From Amphiscolops sp. MND2022 (lineage: Eukaryota), in NCBI GenBank assembly GCA_964187785.1, contig OZ076415.1, positions 6,882,001 to 6,946,000 of the forward strand: 64,000 nt of DNA. The letters run 5' to 3'. Positions within the stretch are counted from its first letter, which is position 1, and each line of letters opens with the position of its first letter. A model generated the notes under the pieces. That model saw nothing but the letters and a program-made list of their open reading frames with translations. It searched no databases and was not told the origin of the DNA. This document shows positions 36,601-47,391 of this stretch, piece after piece. Made by a program: the position numbers and the translations under genes.

Positions 36601-38147
36601 AGTCCCTAAAGTGCTTCCGCAGCACCAGTGGCAAAAACGTATGGACAGAGCGGGAAAAAGGTGCAGTTGCCCTTTTTTTCCAAGTGAAGCTGAACCCCGC
36701 TTATGGGGATATTTAAGCCCGCTGCGAAGAAGTCGGATATATTTTTGCCGAAGACGTCTACATTAGAATATACAACAAAGTGAAAGCAGCCACTTTCCTT
36801 CATTTGAGATAGACTTTTGAGATTCCTAAACTCGGAGATAATCTGCAAAATTTGCATTGTTGACATTAGTTTCAATAAATCTAATGTTTCAATATCAATT
36901 ATTCTTCAATATGATGCTTTTCTTTATAGCTAACAGAACAGAAGCAAAAAACAGTAAGTTTTGAGCCCACTCAAATCCCTAGAGTTACAAATAGAATTAG
37001 TGTATGTAAATCAAGTACACTGAACAAATAAGTAGGAAACACTGAAATTTGATTGGCTGTTATCATTGGTATGTGATCATTAAGTTGCCGCTTTTTTCTC
37101 ACTTTATTTGAATTGTCAACATCTTGCAAAAGTTCGGTCAGTTTGATGAATTATAATTGTCACTAGTTGAACGTCACTAAAATTGAATGGACATTGCATC
37201 GGTGTTATTGAAGGTTAGTGTATATTCAATACTTTCGTACAGAACGCTTGAACAACATCTTCAGAGTTGTTAGATGATACGTACAAAAATATATTATACT
37301 GAATCTGAGAACTCTCGAGAAGGAAGTTCCGATTGTTAACTGGTAGCTGAAGAATGTTTTGTAAATAGTTGTAGATATTACGGTGAATTCCCAAATAAAA
37401 TAGAGCAAACATTAATACTAAGATAGTTTCAGATAGAATAAAAGAAAATGTGTTTGATTTATTGGTTAATTCCAACCACCGATTTAATTCCCCGGCGATT
37501 TAAATCCCCCAGTTTTCACATTCACAATTCACAATTCAAAATATTCACTGAAAACAGTATAATATTAACAGAAACTATTTTCATTTTTATGTTAAATAGG
37601 AATAATTTCGTTTTTATGTTAGTTGCTCTTATGTTATTTAATACGTAATCAAATTTACGATCTTGTTTCATTGTTAACTTCAGTGGAAAGTTGCTCAAAT
37701 TAGGCTGAATGAATTCATAATGAAATATCACTTTGACTGGAAATTTAGATAGGAAATACATATAAACAAACTTGTGACCTCGGTGTCCTGGCAAAGGGTG
37801 TTCCGAATTTGAACTTCCGAATAATTCGTCGTAAAATGAGTCGAACCAAATGAAACAATAATGGATCTTTTCCGTTAATTCCCCCAACAAACCATCACAA
37901 ACCTTTTATTCTTTGAAATATTGGTAACAGACTATCAATTTTTGGTGAATTGAAAATTCTAACTGCAATTCAAAACGATCGCTTGAAATGTTTACTTTGT
38001 GGGAATTCACAGAAAGCTGTTCTTTCATTTGCAAACCAGTGTAAAAAAAACGAAGTAATGGAGTATACTAGTTACACATTTGAAGCAACTGCACAAAAAT
38101 TTAAAATCAGTGCACGCAGATTGAAAGATGTGTCAAACAAGTGTTAA

Positions 38148-38385
38148 AAAGACTAACACCAAAAAGTGTGTTTCTGTTTTCGAGTGACTAACATCAAAAT
38201 TACTGTTTCTGTTTTTGCTTGACTAATGTCAAAAAGTCTGTTTCTGTTTTCGAGTGACTATCATAAAAAATTCTTTTTCTGTTTTTGCTTGACTAATGTC
38301 AAAAAGTCTGTTTCTGCTTTCGAACGACTATCAACAAAATGTCCAATTCTGCTTCTTGCCGTGACTAACCTACAAAAGTCGCTAT
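38148..38385 (-). repeat. E2 right subterminal repeats GTGACTAACATCAAAA (inverse of the left array)
   Basis: About 6 degenerate copies, reverse complement of the 32795-32985 motif. Confidence 0.75.
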
Positions 38386-39139
38386 TCTTTTATTTTCCAA
38401 CTTTTCATGAGAGGAAAATAGAGGAAAACTGATTTGAATTATTCTTTTTTTGAAAAGAACAAGAACAATAAAGATCCCAAAAATGATGATTCAACGGACT
38501 TTAGTCAAGGTAAAAAAACAAAGCTTATACTCGCTGCAAAAATTAAAAAAACATCAGCCCACCTCTGGCTATAATGATGTGTAAAGCGAATGAAGTTTAA
38601 TCAACTGGTCAGTTGTTACAGTATATGAAGGATATGAGGTTTTTTGAAAACAAGGACACTGTTGCTTTAGGAAACGATTGAATTACATACATGAATAGTA
38701 ATTGAGCATCTTTTTGCACTTTGGTACTCGAATTTAAGGTGAAAATACACAAAATATTGTTCACCAAAATTGTACCAAAAAGGAGTAATTTGACATTTCT
38801 TGCGTTGGTGGAAAACTTCAGGCAGTGTAATTACGGTACTACCTACAACTTTTTTTTAGATACCAACATTGTGTACTTTGTCCTTGAGATTACCTGGCAT
38901 GAGGTTATTTGGCATTGGGAAAAGGCCCTTAATAACTTCGCACGGATATACGCAATCGATTTCTTTCAAACTTTGTGAAAAGTATTTTTAAGGGTTTTGG
39001 GCTATTCTCCCAAATTTCGTTTTCCTACGACCCGTGAAAGTGGAGATTCAGGGTCATGCCAATCTACACCCCCAAATAACCCCTCAGCTGGTGGTATTTG
39101 GTATGTGCTAAAATACAACTTTTGGTATTTGGCACTGCG

Positions 39140-39195
39140 TTATATAATGATAGTAATAATAATAATAATAATCATAATAATAATAATAATAATAA
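39140..39195 (+). repeat. (AAT)n microsatellite
   Basis: taataataat run immediately after the E2 right end. Confidence 0.9.
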
Positions 39196-39664
39196 AAATC
39201 AGGGACAAGTTGCATTTTAATTTCCAAAAATCATACCAACTTCCTCGATTTTGTTATTATCCAAAATGCCATGTTGCACCATTATTATTAGACTTAATAA
39301 TAATAATGACATTATTAACAAAAATGCAACTTGTCCTCATATTTGCAACATGTCCCTGATTTTTTCACACTTTTTACACTTTTACTAACAACTGTTACAT
39401 TATTAACAGAAATGCAACTTGTCCTCATATTTGCAACATGTCCCTGATTTTTCACACTTTTTACACTTTTACTTTTTCTACCAACAACTGTTCCAAGATT
39501 GTTACTTTGAGCGAACGTTATCTACAAGTTAGGCAAATGTCGATTTCAACTGAATGGTAACTCACCTGGTACTAGAAAAAAGGTAAAATTTTGTTAATGA
39601 AACATTCAATTGAAAATTTTAATTCTTTCGAATTTAAAACAAAAATAAAGAACAATATTTAATT

Positions 39665-42600
39665 TCAGCAGTTTTTCAGAAGAGACCATGCAGTCTTAAT
39701 CTTTTGGTAGATTTTCTTGACAGCCTCTTGATTGAAGTTGAACTCCATCTGAATCAACATTTCCCGCACTTCCGTCATTTGTACTGATGATGTGACAGTC
39801 TCAGCGAGTAGGCTTCATGCTCGTTTCTCCTCCTCTGTCCACCCAGTTTTCGTTTTTCTGAAAACAGACATGCTTTTGATGAAGCGCATTCGGGTTGGAC
39901 TTCGTTGTCTTGGTTTGGGCGTTGGTTTGTTCCTCGTGGTTCCACGTGAACTTGGCCCAGGCGTGTAGGGTGGCTGATGGTTGTCTTCGTCATCAGCGTC
40001 GTCACCACAGGCTGGCTCTCTTCTCGTACGCTTTCGAACGGAGTGTTCTGGCGAAGGCAGGTTGTTGGCTTCGTCATTATCATCGTCATCGGAGGTCGAC
40101 TCTCTTCTTCTTCGCTTTCGACCAGAGTGCAGATCCATCGTCGAATTCAGCGACGCTCTGTATGGTGCTCGCGGTTGAGGCTCCTCCTCTTCTGATACTG
40201 TATCAGAGTCAGAATCAGGGCAATGGTCGGCAGGCAATGGTTCAATTCCTGATTCATTGCCATCATCATCTTCATGAATTGTGTTAAGTTCTTTGCGGTA
40301 CACATCAAGCACTTTATTTCTGTCAGCCTCTGTAACTCCTGAAACCACATTGTGAATAAATAAGTGATTGTAACAAAATTACAATCTGATATAAACATCA
40401 ATGGAAAAATTTGCATAAAAGATTTCAAATGTATCGGTAGTTTGGTATAAAATTATTTGCAAAGTTTGCTTACTTATGTAGTGTTTTTTCGCCGTTGATC
40501 TCGAGTGACCTGTCTGGGAGAAATGAGCTTCTTCATCGTTGTCCTGCAGGTTCATCTTGTCAATATGCTCATCCCAGAACTTTCGAATTGACGTGGCATT
40601 GTACCTTGTCACTGTGGGATCGTCCCCAAACAACTCTGTGAAGCACTGGTTAATGTACCAGGCGATCTTCGTTTCCTGCCCATTTTGACTATTGGAGAAG
40701 ACGTAGTCCGGAACGGTGCCATACTCATCAAGCATCCGTTCCCGCATCTCTTGCACGAATTTGACTTGGTCCCCATCCATTTTCACGGCCACTGTGTAGT
40801 ATTTTCCTGCAAACAATATATTGTATTAAGTTAGAATAAAAACTTTTGTTGAACACTTTTTTATAGAAAAACCTTTATAATTTCTATAGAATAATACAAT
40901 GTAGCGTTTTTTATAGTATTCACTCTTTAAATTCTATAAAAAGTTACCTGTTTTGTGCTCGTTGGTTTCAATTGAGAATCCATGCCTCAAATGAGAATCA
41001 AATTGATCCCATTTTATGTTCAACAGTGGCCCGGGCCTCACATTGAGTCGAACTTGGAGCAGGAAAAAGTTGAGGGCCTTCAAGAAGTTTAGGCTCAACT
41101 TTTTGTCGTCGAGGTCGTTCGTCAGAGCTTCTATCACCTGCCGTTGTCGTTTGGTCACCTGTTGTTTTGTAGGCACTTGCGCGAACCTTTCTTTAGCTCC
41201 CTCGCGTTTTGACTTTGACACATCCACGCTGATTTTTCGTTTCACATCCCTGCAGGCCTTCTTCATAACTTCGATTTTGAAATCTTTCCTCACATTCGGT
41301 CTTTCGTAGCAGTTGCAATACTCACAGAAGTTCTTGAAGTGAGTGAGGTAAATGTCAGTTGTTGTTGGCAGCCATCCCTTCCGCCGTTCTAAGTTTTCAA
41401 TTGCTGGAGCCAGCGCTTTGGGCTGCGTTAGACCCAATGTTTGTCCATACAACAACGCAAGAACGTTCTTCAAGCCATCTTTCCCCTTCACTTCCTCATT
41501 TTCATCTGTATTTTTGCCTCTTTTGCGGAATTCCATGTTGACAAAGCTGGTGACAATGTCCAAGTGCTCCTCACGGGGAATACATCCATTCCTTAGTTTA
41601 CATCTCAGTTCTACTGGCAATGATCTAAACAGAAAAAGAACAAATTGTAGATTTTGCTTCCATTTTTCAATACCATAATTTAGGAAACACTACTTTATTC
41701 TTTGAGAGGTGATTTTTACTATAACAAGTACTACAAATGTTTCAGTTCTAGTACTAATACTTTGCTTAAAGTAGTAACTTACGTTCTACTCTGATGATTA
41801 GCAACAACAGATATGTTGGAGTCATTGCACTTCATGCTCCTTTTGTGACTGGCCCTGTCTATGAATCTTCTGTTATGCTCAGAACAGAAGAACACTTTGG
41901 TGTTCGCATGAAGATGCTGAGTCCTGAAGAAGTCTTTCAGCATCACGATGTCAGATCTCGTCAGCTCTGGATGTTGTTGAGAGAGGTGCTTGTCGATCCG
42001 CTTCGAAGTCTTCTCGCAGATAGGGCATTGGGTCACGTCGTCGTATTTGGTCTTCTTGGAGTACGATTTAGCTTTGCGCTGTTCAGTGCTATTGGAATCA
42101 TCGGAACTATTACCCTTGCAAACTTGGCACAAACATTGAACGTTATTCTGGCCAAAATAATTTCCCCCATAACTGACGAAAATTTCCTCATTCTCAGCAA
42201 TCCCCCGAGTTGTTTCCACTCTCAACACAGTTTGATTTTTTGTTGGCCCTCCATAGACAAACACTGCATTGGGTTCACAGCTGTGGTTAATGAAGCTTGC
42301 TGGTCCTAGCATTATCCTCTCCTTTGAGTTGTTGTCTGTCGCCCCGAAGACAGAGAACTAAGGAGCGTTTTGTACTGCATCTGCGAAGTAGCCGTCGACA
42401 CCACGAATTTTCAGTCCTTTCGGGAGCGCCTTGCGAGCTCTGACAGAAAACTCGATCCCGCCTTGGTATCCGGGAATGTCGACATACTTGACACTTTCGA
42501 ATGATGAAGAATAGGATTCCATCATCTGACTGAAAAGCTTCTGGTGCTGGGGATTGTTGCTGATGATCGCAAAAATATTTGTTGGTGGCTCAACGTACTT

Positions 42601-43635
42601 GTGGGAAGTACGTACGTCGGTATCGATGAAGCTTTTTGTGCAGTATGCGTCAATAGCACCAAGTACCAAGTCTGGACGCATCTCGTCTTCCGTTTCAGGC
42701 AGTCTCAATAGTTGCGGCGATACAGTTTCTGGGAGAGCCTCGTCAGTGGATGTTGCAGTTTTTCTGTCAGAAGTTGACTCAGCTTTTTGCGGTGAATAGT
42801 CAGTTTGTGCTGGGGGTGAATCGTCAGTGATGGCCAAAGTTCCAACATCAGGTGCTGACGCAGTTTGTGGAATTGGGTCGTCAGACGATTCTGGGGGTGA
42901 ATCGTCAGTGAGGGCAAGAATTTCAGCATCAGGTGAAACGGCCCTGGGTGCTGAAGTTTCACCATCAGGAGCTGACCTAGCTACTGGGGAGGAACCGTTA
43001 CTTAGCGCTGAAGTTTGATCATCAAGAGTTGACACAGCTTCTGATGGTAAATCGTTACTAGGTGCCGACGTTTCAGCATCAGGTGCTGACGCCGTTTGTG
43101 GAATTGGGTCGTCACACGATTCTGGGGGTGAATCGTCAGTGAGGGCAAAAATTTCAGCATCAGGTGAAACGGACCTGGGTGCTGAAGTTTCACCATCAGG
43201 AGCTGACATAGCTACTGGGGAGGCACCGTTAGTTAGCGCTGAAGTTTCATCATCAGGAGTTGACACGGCTTCTGGGGGTGAATCGTTAGTAGGTGCCAAA
43301 GTTTTAGCATCAGGAGCTGACACAGATTCTAGGGGTGACCCGCCAGTGGGTGACGAAGTCTCAGCATCGTGGGTGGGTTCAGAAATTTCAACGTGAGAAG
43401 CTGACGCAGGTTTTGTAAGTGGCTCTTCAGTGGGTACTGCAGTTTCATTGTTTATGGTGTTAAGTATAGGGGCATTAACCATGCTTGTTCCGTTTTCAAT
43501 GTCACAGTTCGTCTTCTTTCCTCTCGTTTTCGGTTTTGGTTTCCCCTCGTATCCCTTCGGTTTTGCTGCAGGTGCAGTCTTGACTTGCTGCCGGGTGGCG
43601 CGGGTTAGAAGAGCTTGTGATCGAAGGCTTGGCAT
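39665..43635 (-). pseudogene. Suv4-20-like SET + zinc finger + tyrosine recombinase + acidic linker + Myb/SANT-like domain; 4 coding exons, two in-frame stops, no frameshifts
   Basis: Exons 43635-41783, 41624-40948, 40806-40474 and 40338-39665 with compatible phases. SET: FSVFG..IMLGPASFINHSCEPNA..EEIFVSYGGNYFGQNNVQCLCQVC. YR: RLNVRPGP, HKTG|K, TSIRKFW, GHSRSTAKKHY. C-terminal WTEEEK. Stops at 42358-60 (TAG) and 39815-17 (TGA). Confidence 0.88.
42780..43400 (-). repeat. Coding acidic repeats (~19-20-aa subunits, ~80-aa higher-order duplication)
   Basis: APDGETSAPR.VSPDAEI.ALTDDSPPES.DDPIPQTASAPD occurs twice. Confidence 0.85.
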
Positions 43636-44078
43636 TTTTAAGCAATTTGGCTATCAGTAGATTTTTTTACCGCTGTTAAGTTTCAACTTGTTTCCAAAGT
43701 GGAGCTGGGTTTAATGAAAAATTTTTCAAAACTTGGAAGTCTAACAAATGTTAACTCACTCTGATGGACTCAATCACAAACGATGAGGCTCTATTAGACT
43801 CATTTTAAACGCAAACTGGTATGCAACATGGTTGTTAAAGTTACACCTCTGATATTGAACTGGTTGTTAACATGAGTAATATGTTTACACCTGAGTTGTA
43901 CGCTATGGTATTTTATGATTAGATAAACGAGGTCTTAAAACTAATATTGAATACGAAGGTATAAATATAAAAATGTTGGAAGTTTTACTGAATCTAGGAA
44001 AAGTGAACAAAAGATAAATATATGTTGGCAAAAGAAAAGTTTAGGAAGTTTGATCATTGATACAGAATGGGGCATGAT

Positions 44079-47000
44079 TCAGTTTTTCAACAGCTTTCTT
44101 CTGGCAGTCAATATTTTTCTATTGAGGGTTTGCCAGCTGGGCAGAGTCACATTGTTTGACATCATTTGTTGCTAAACACAAAAAAACTCTTATTAGTGTG
44201 TTTTTATAGTATACTGTATTGATATATGGGGATAATAAGTTTTTAGAATACATATTTAAAGAAGAAAATTAATGTATGATATATGAAACTTTTTAATAGA
44301 CATAACTTCATAACATTTAAACAATAATACATTGTAGAATCTATGGGATTAACTCTATAATTTCTATAACAAAAGGTGCTTTGGAGAATATCTTATGGAA
44401 TTCAAGATATAATTTCTATAGAAAAGTATTGTTGGGAATATCCTATGGAATTCGTCCTAGAACTTCTATAGAATAGTACTTTGGGAGATACTTTGGAAAA
44501 GTAATGTGATGTTAATAAGAAATAAAACTGAGTATACCAGGTAAATTTGAGTTTCGTCTTGAGCATCTTTGTTCAGCAGGACATCTGCAACTCGAAGCAT
44601 CTCGTTCGAAGGGTTTGAGTCGAGTTGATCAATTAGCCACAACAAGAGAATCGCCGGGAGAGAAGGATAGTAGGAGTTAAATGACAACCCCTGTTGCTTC
44701 TCTTTGTTGAATGTTTCCACAATTTGAGCTAAACATTTCAGAAATCACATCTTTTGTCAACGTTGGTTTCATGGAAGAACAATTACTTCATTTCAAGATA
44801 CAATCCTATAGCTATATGTTGTGGTAACATTAGATGACTTACGCATTTGAACATCCCAAAGGAAGTTTGAACCACGCGCGATTGAACCCTTCGTAGTCCG
44901 AACCATATGAGGCACTCCTCCGGGGATGATCATACCCTCGTCCTCCTTTAGCACTACTTTCCTCACGGCCAACCTTGGGTCTGTCCCAAATATCTCAGTC
45001 CTGTAAAAATAGAACGTGAAGTTATATTAATTATTCAAAGTAATTGAATAAGTCTATAAGAGAAGTATATATGTATGAGTGCTTAGACTGCTGAGAACAT
45101 CTTACAGAAATTATGACAACTATATTATGTCGGAGAACTCTCGATAGAAATTTTAGTCTCTTACTGATTTCCGGCGAGGTAGTCCTCGAAAAGCTCCTTG
45201 TTAAATAGAGTTGGCTCGACTACCAAGAATTCCTTCTCGCCCTTCAACAAAATGTAGAAGACACTGGTCCCCGAGAAGTCGACATGCCAAGGTGTTATGG
45301 CTCCTCCCTCTGTCATCAGCATGTACTTGCTGACGTCCGAGCTCTTCAACACTGGTGGCAAAACTTTTTCATAGCGGTGTCCTAGTGACACTTTTTTCAC
45401 TACATCAGGCGGCTGGAAGTGGCAAAGCTCTGCGTTATCTGAAAAACACGGCTACAAGGTACTCAAAGCGCGAGACACTGAGAATGTAGGGTAAACAGTG
45501 TTTTTACGTATGAGCTTATAAATTCGATATATTCTATGTATCAAGTTCTACAAAAAATAGGTTCAACCAACCCGGTGGAAAAAAATCAATGACGTTCATC
45601 GGGAATTTGGATTCCCCAATGACTTTGATGAACTGATCCAGAGTCATCTTGTTCAACTCTTCCTCACCGGACTCATTGTAATGCCGGACCAAGACATCTT
45701 GTTGAGCCATGCAGTTTTCGGTGGCTATCTGCCGAACACAGTCCTTGAAGTTGAGGCTCAGAGTCTTTTTCGGAATGGTAGAGGTCAATCCTTTGAATTT
45801 GAAAGCATCCTTGATGTGATACACCTTCAAATTCTCCCTCATTCCAGATAAGTCCCTCTCAACATCGTCAGCAGATATGACCGTGACAAACGCAGTATTC
45901 TCTGTGAAAACGTTGTCGAAGAACCGATTCAATTCTTCAGTGTTCCTCATAATATCCATCAGAGCTTGAGGAATCTCTGAATCGGTGTCATCATATTGTT
46001 GTTGCGAAAAGTCATCTTGTTCTCGAGTGGTGCCTTCTTCTTGCGGTTGTGAATTGGATGACGAGGCTTGTTGCTGTGAATTTGTGGACGAGGCTTGAGG
46101 AATGCGTTGAGCTGGAAGCTTATCAAGAGTGGGCATTTTGTTGTCTCTCAACGTAGCATTAATAGCGGCTAACGACGGCATGTAGTTGAAGGAAGACTTC
46201 CTCTGCAGTACTGTCTTCATCGATGGCAGGTTCCTGGCTTTCATAAGTGACAGCACATTCTCCTCAGTTGGCAGGAAAAGCTTGTACCTGACCTTTTGGG
46301 TGAAAGGCTCCTTGGATTCCCACTGTGCCTTCATAATCCTTCTGCAAAGGTCACCAAGGCAATGGTCCCCCAAGCGCCAGATGTCTTCAAAGGGGAATCC
46401 AGCGGGGCCATAGCCGCAGAAGAAGCATGGCAATCGTGTCTTTCCCTGACACGTCCCTTTCTTGAGAGCTTGGTGCTTCCTCAGTGTGGTTCGTGTCTTG
46501 AACCTCTCTTTACAAACTGAAAGAATTGACGATTAAACTACAACAAAAAAGATACGAAATGTGTCTAAGTAACTCCTATATCTACGTCTATTACCTCAGG
46601 CATTTTTTTGGAAAAGTACCATGGACAATATTTTATTGAAATAAGTCAATACCTTCTATAGAATTGTATCCTGGGAATATCTTATAGAAATCACTAGATG
46701 ATTTCTATAGAATAGTGTCATGGGGATTATCCTATAGATTTTAATCAGTAATTTCTATAGAATGGTATCACGGGATTCTTTTATAGAGTTTTTTTCATAA
46801 TTTCTATAGAATAGTGTCATGGGGATTATCCTATAGATTTCATTCAGTAATTTCTATAGAATGGTATCACGGGATTCTTTTATAGAGTGTTTTTCATAAT
46901 TTCTATAGAATAGTACTATTCTATAGAAATTATGAAAAAAACTCTATAAAAGAATCCCGTGATCTCAAAAGATAGTTTTCAGAGTATTGTTCAAAATAAA

Positions 47001-47391
47001 TCAAACTGAAAAGATATTCTTCATGCTACTAATCTATAGAAAATATGGAGCAAATTCTATAAAAGTGGAATCAATAAGATAATCTGCATACTACGTAGTA
47101 TGCAGATTATCTTATTGATTCCCCTTTTATAGAATTTGCTCCATATTTTCTATAGATTAGTAGCATGAAGAATATCTTTTCAATTTGATTTATTTTGAAC
47201 AATACTCTGAAAACTATCTTTTGAAAATCACTTCATAATTTCTTCAGAATACTTAACTTCAGAATACTTCAGAATGTTTTAAATAATTTTATAAATTTCC
47301 CTAGTTAGTGACGTTAGTAGTTAGTTAGTTAAGTACTCTACTCACCGTTGCACTGTGGTCTGGCATCTTGATAGGGGGGTTTGCTAGCCAT
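44079..47391 (-). CDS. Multi-exon C2H2 zinc finger + JmjC (KDM2/KDM7-like) protein, apparently intact
   Basis: Exon 47391-47346 spliced to 46516 rebuilds CN|VCKERFKTRTTLRKH. FPMNVID; KYMLMTEGGAITPWHVDFSGTSVFYILLKGEKEFLVVEPT (His 45284, Asp 45278); IPGGVPHMV..GSNF (His 44907); YYPSLPAILLLW; last exon stop at 44079. GT-AG phases are compatible. Confidence 0.85.
46650..46865. repeat. TTCTATAGAA-rich tandem repeats (~100-bp unit), intron 1 of the JmjC gene
   Basis: atttctatagaatagtgtcatggggattatcctatagatt repeated; related motifs at 40860-40920 and 44330-44480. Confidence 0.8.
46866..46963. repeat. 98-bp loopless palindrome (1 mismatch)
   Basis: atcacgggattc...tagt|acta...gaatcccgtgat, centre 46914/46915. 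Confidence 0.95.
46965..47224. repeat. 260-bp loopless palindrome (2 mismatches)
   Basis: tcaaaagatagttttc...tactac|gtagta...gaaaactatcttttga, centre 47094/47095. Confidence 0.95.

Larger units (their letters stand above)
32089..39137. mobile_element. E2: ~7-kb TIR element with E1-like termini carrying a decayed SET-YR gene; no transposase seen
   Basis: CAGTGCCAA at 32101 (and CAGTG at 32089 preceded by CG) versus TTGGCACTG ending at 39137 followed by CG. Inverted block gagggttatttgg..tgtgtagatt / aatctacac..ccaaataaccc(c)tc. Inverted subterminal arrays. Confidence 0.65.

Noticed and set aside
36606-38147. Transposase remnant inside E2
   Set aside because: Only short AT-rich ORFs with no GDG/GD..FL/EG.EK or other DDE motifs.
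38997-39359. 120-aa ORF with poly-Ile
   Set aside because: Produced by the (AAT)n microsatellite and crosses the E2 boundary.
42358-42360. Programmed stop-codon readthrough or an alternative genetic code in the SET-YR gene
   Set aside because: The two internal stops differ (TAG and TGA) and both types end other ORFs normally; nonsense mutation or sequence error is simpler.
41794-42799. Plus-strand hydrophobic ORFs (171 aa and 81 aa)
   Set aside because: Antisense to the SET-YR exon, which carries the conserved motifs.
47351-47355. CACTG as a right TIR closing the 39.7-47.4 kb module
   Set aside because: It lies in coding exon 1 of the JmjC gene (splicing rebuilds the CNVC zinc finger), and no matching left end was found.
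9679-47391. Maverick/Polinton or endogenous DNA virus as the carrier
   Set aside because: No protein-primed DNA polymerase, packaging ATPase, capsid or cysteine protease ORF recognised; several cargo genes have spliceosomal introns.
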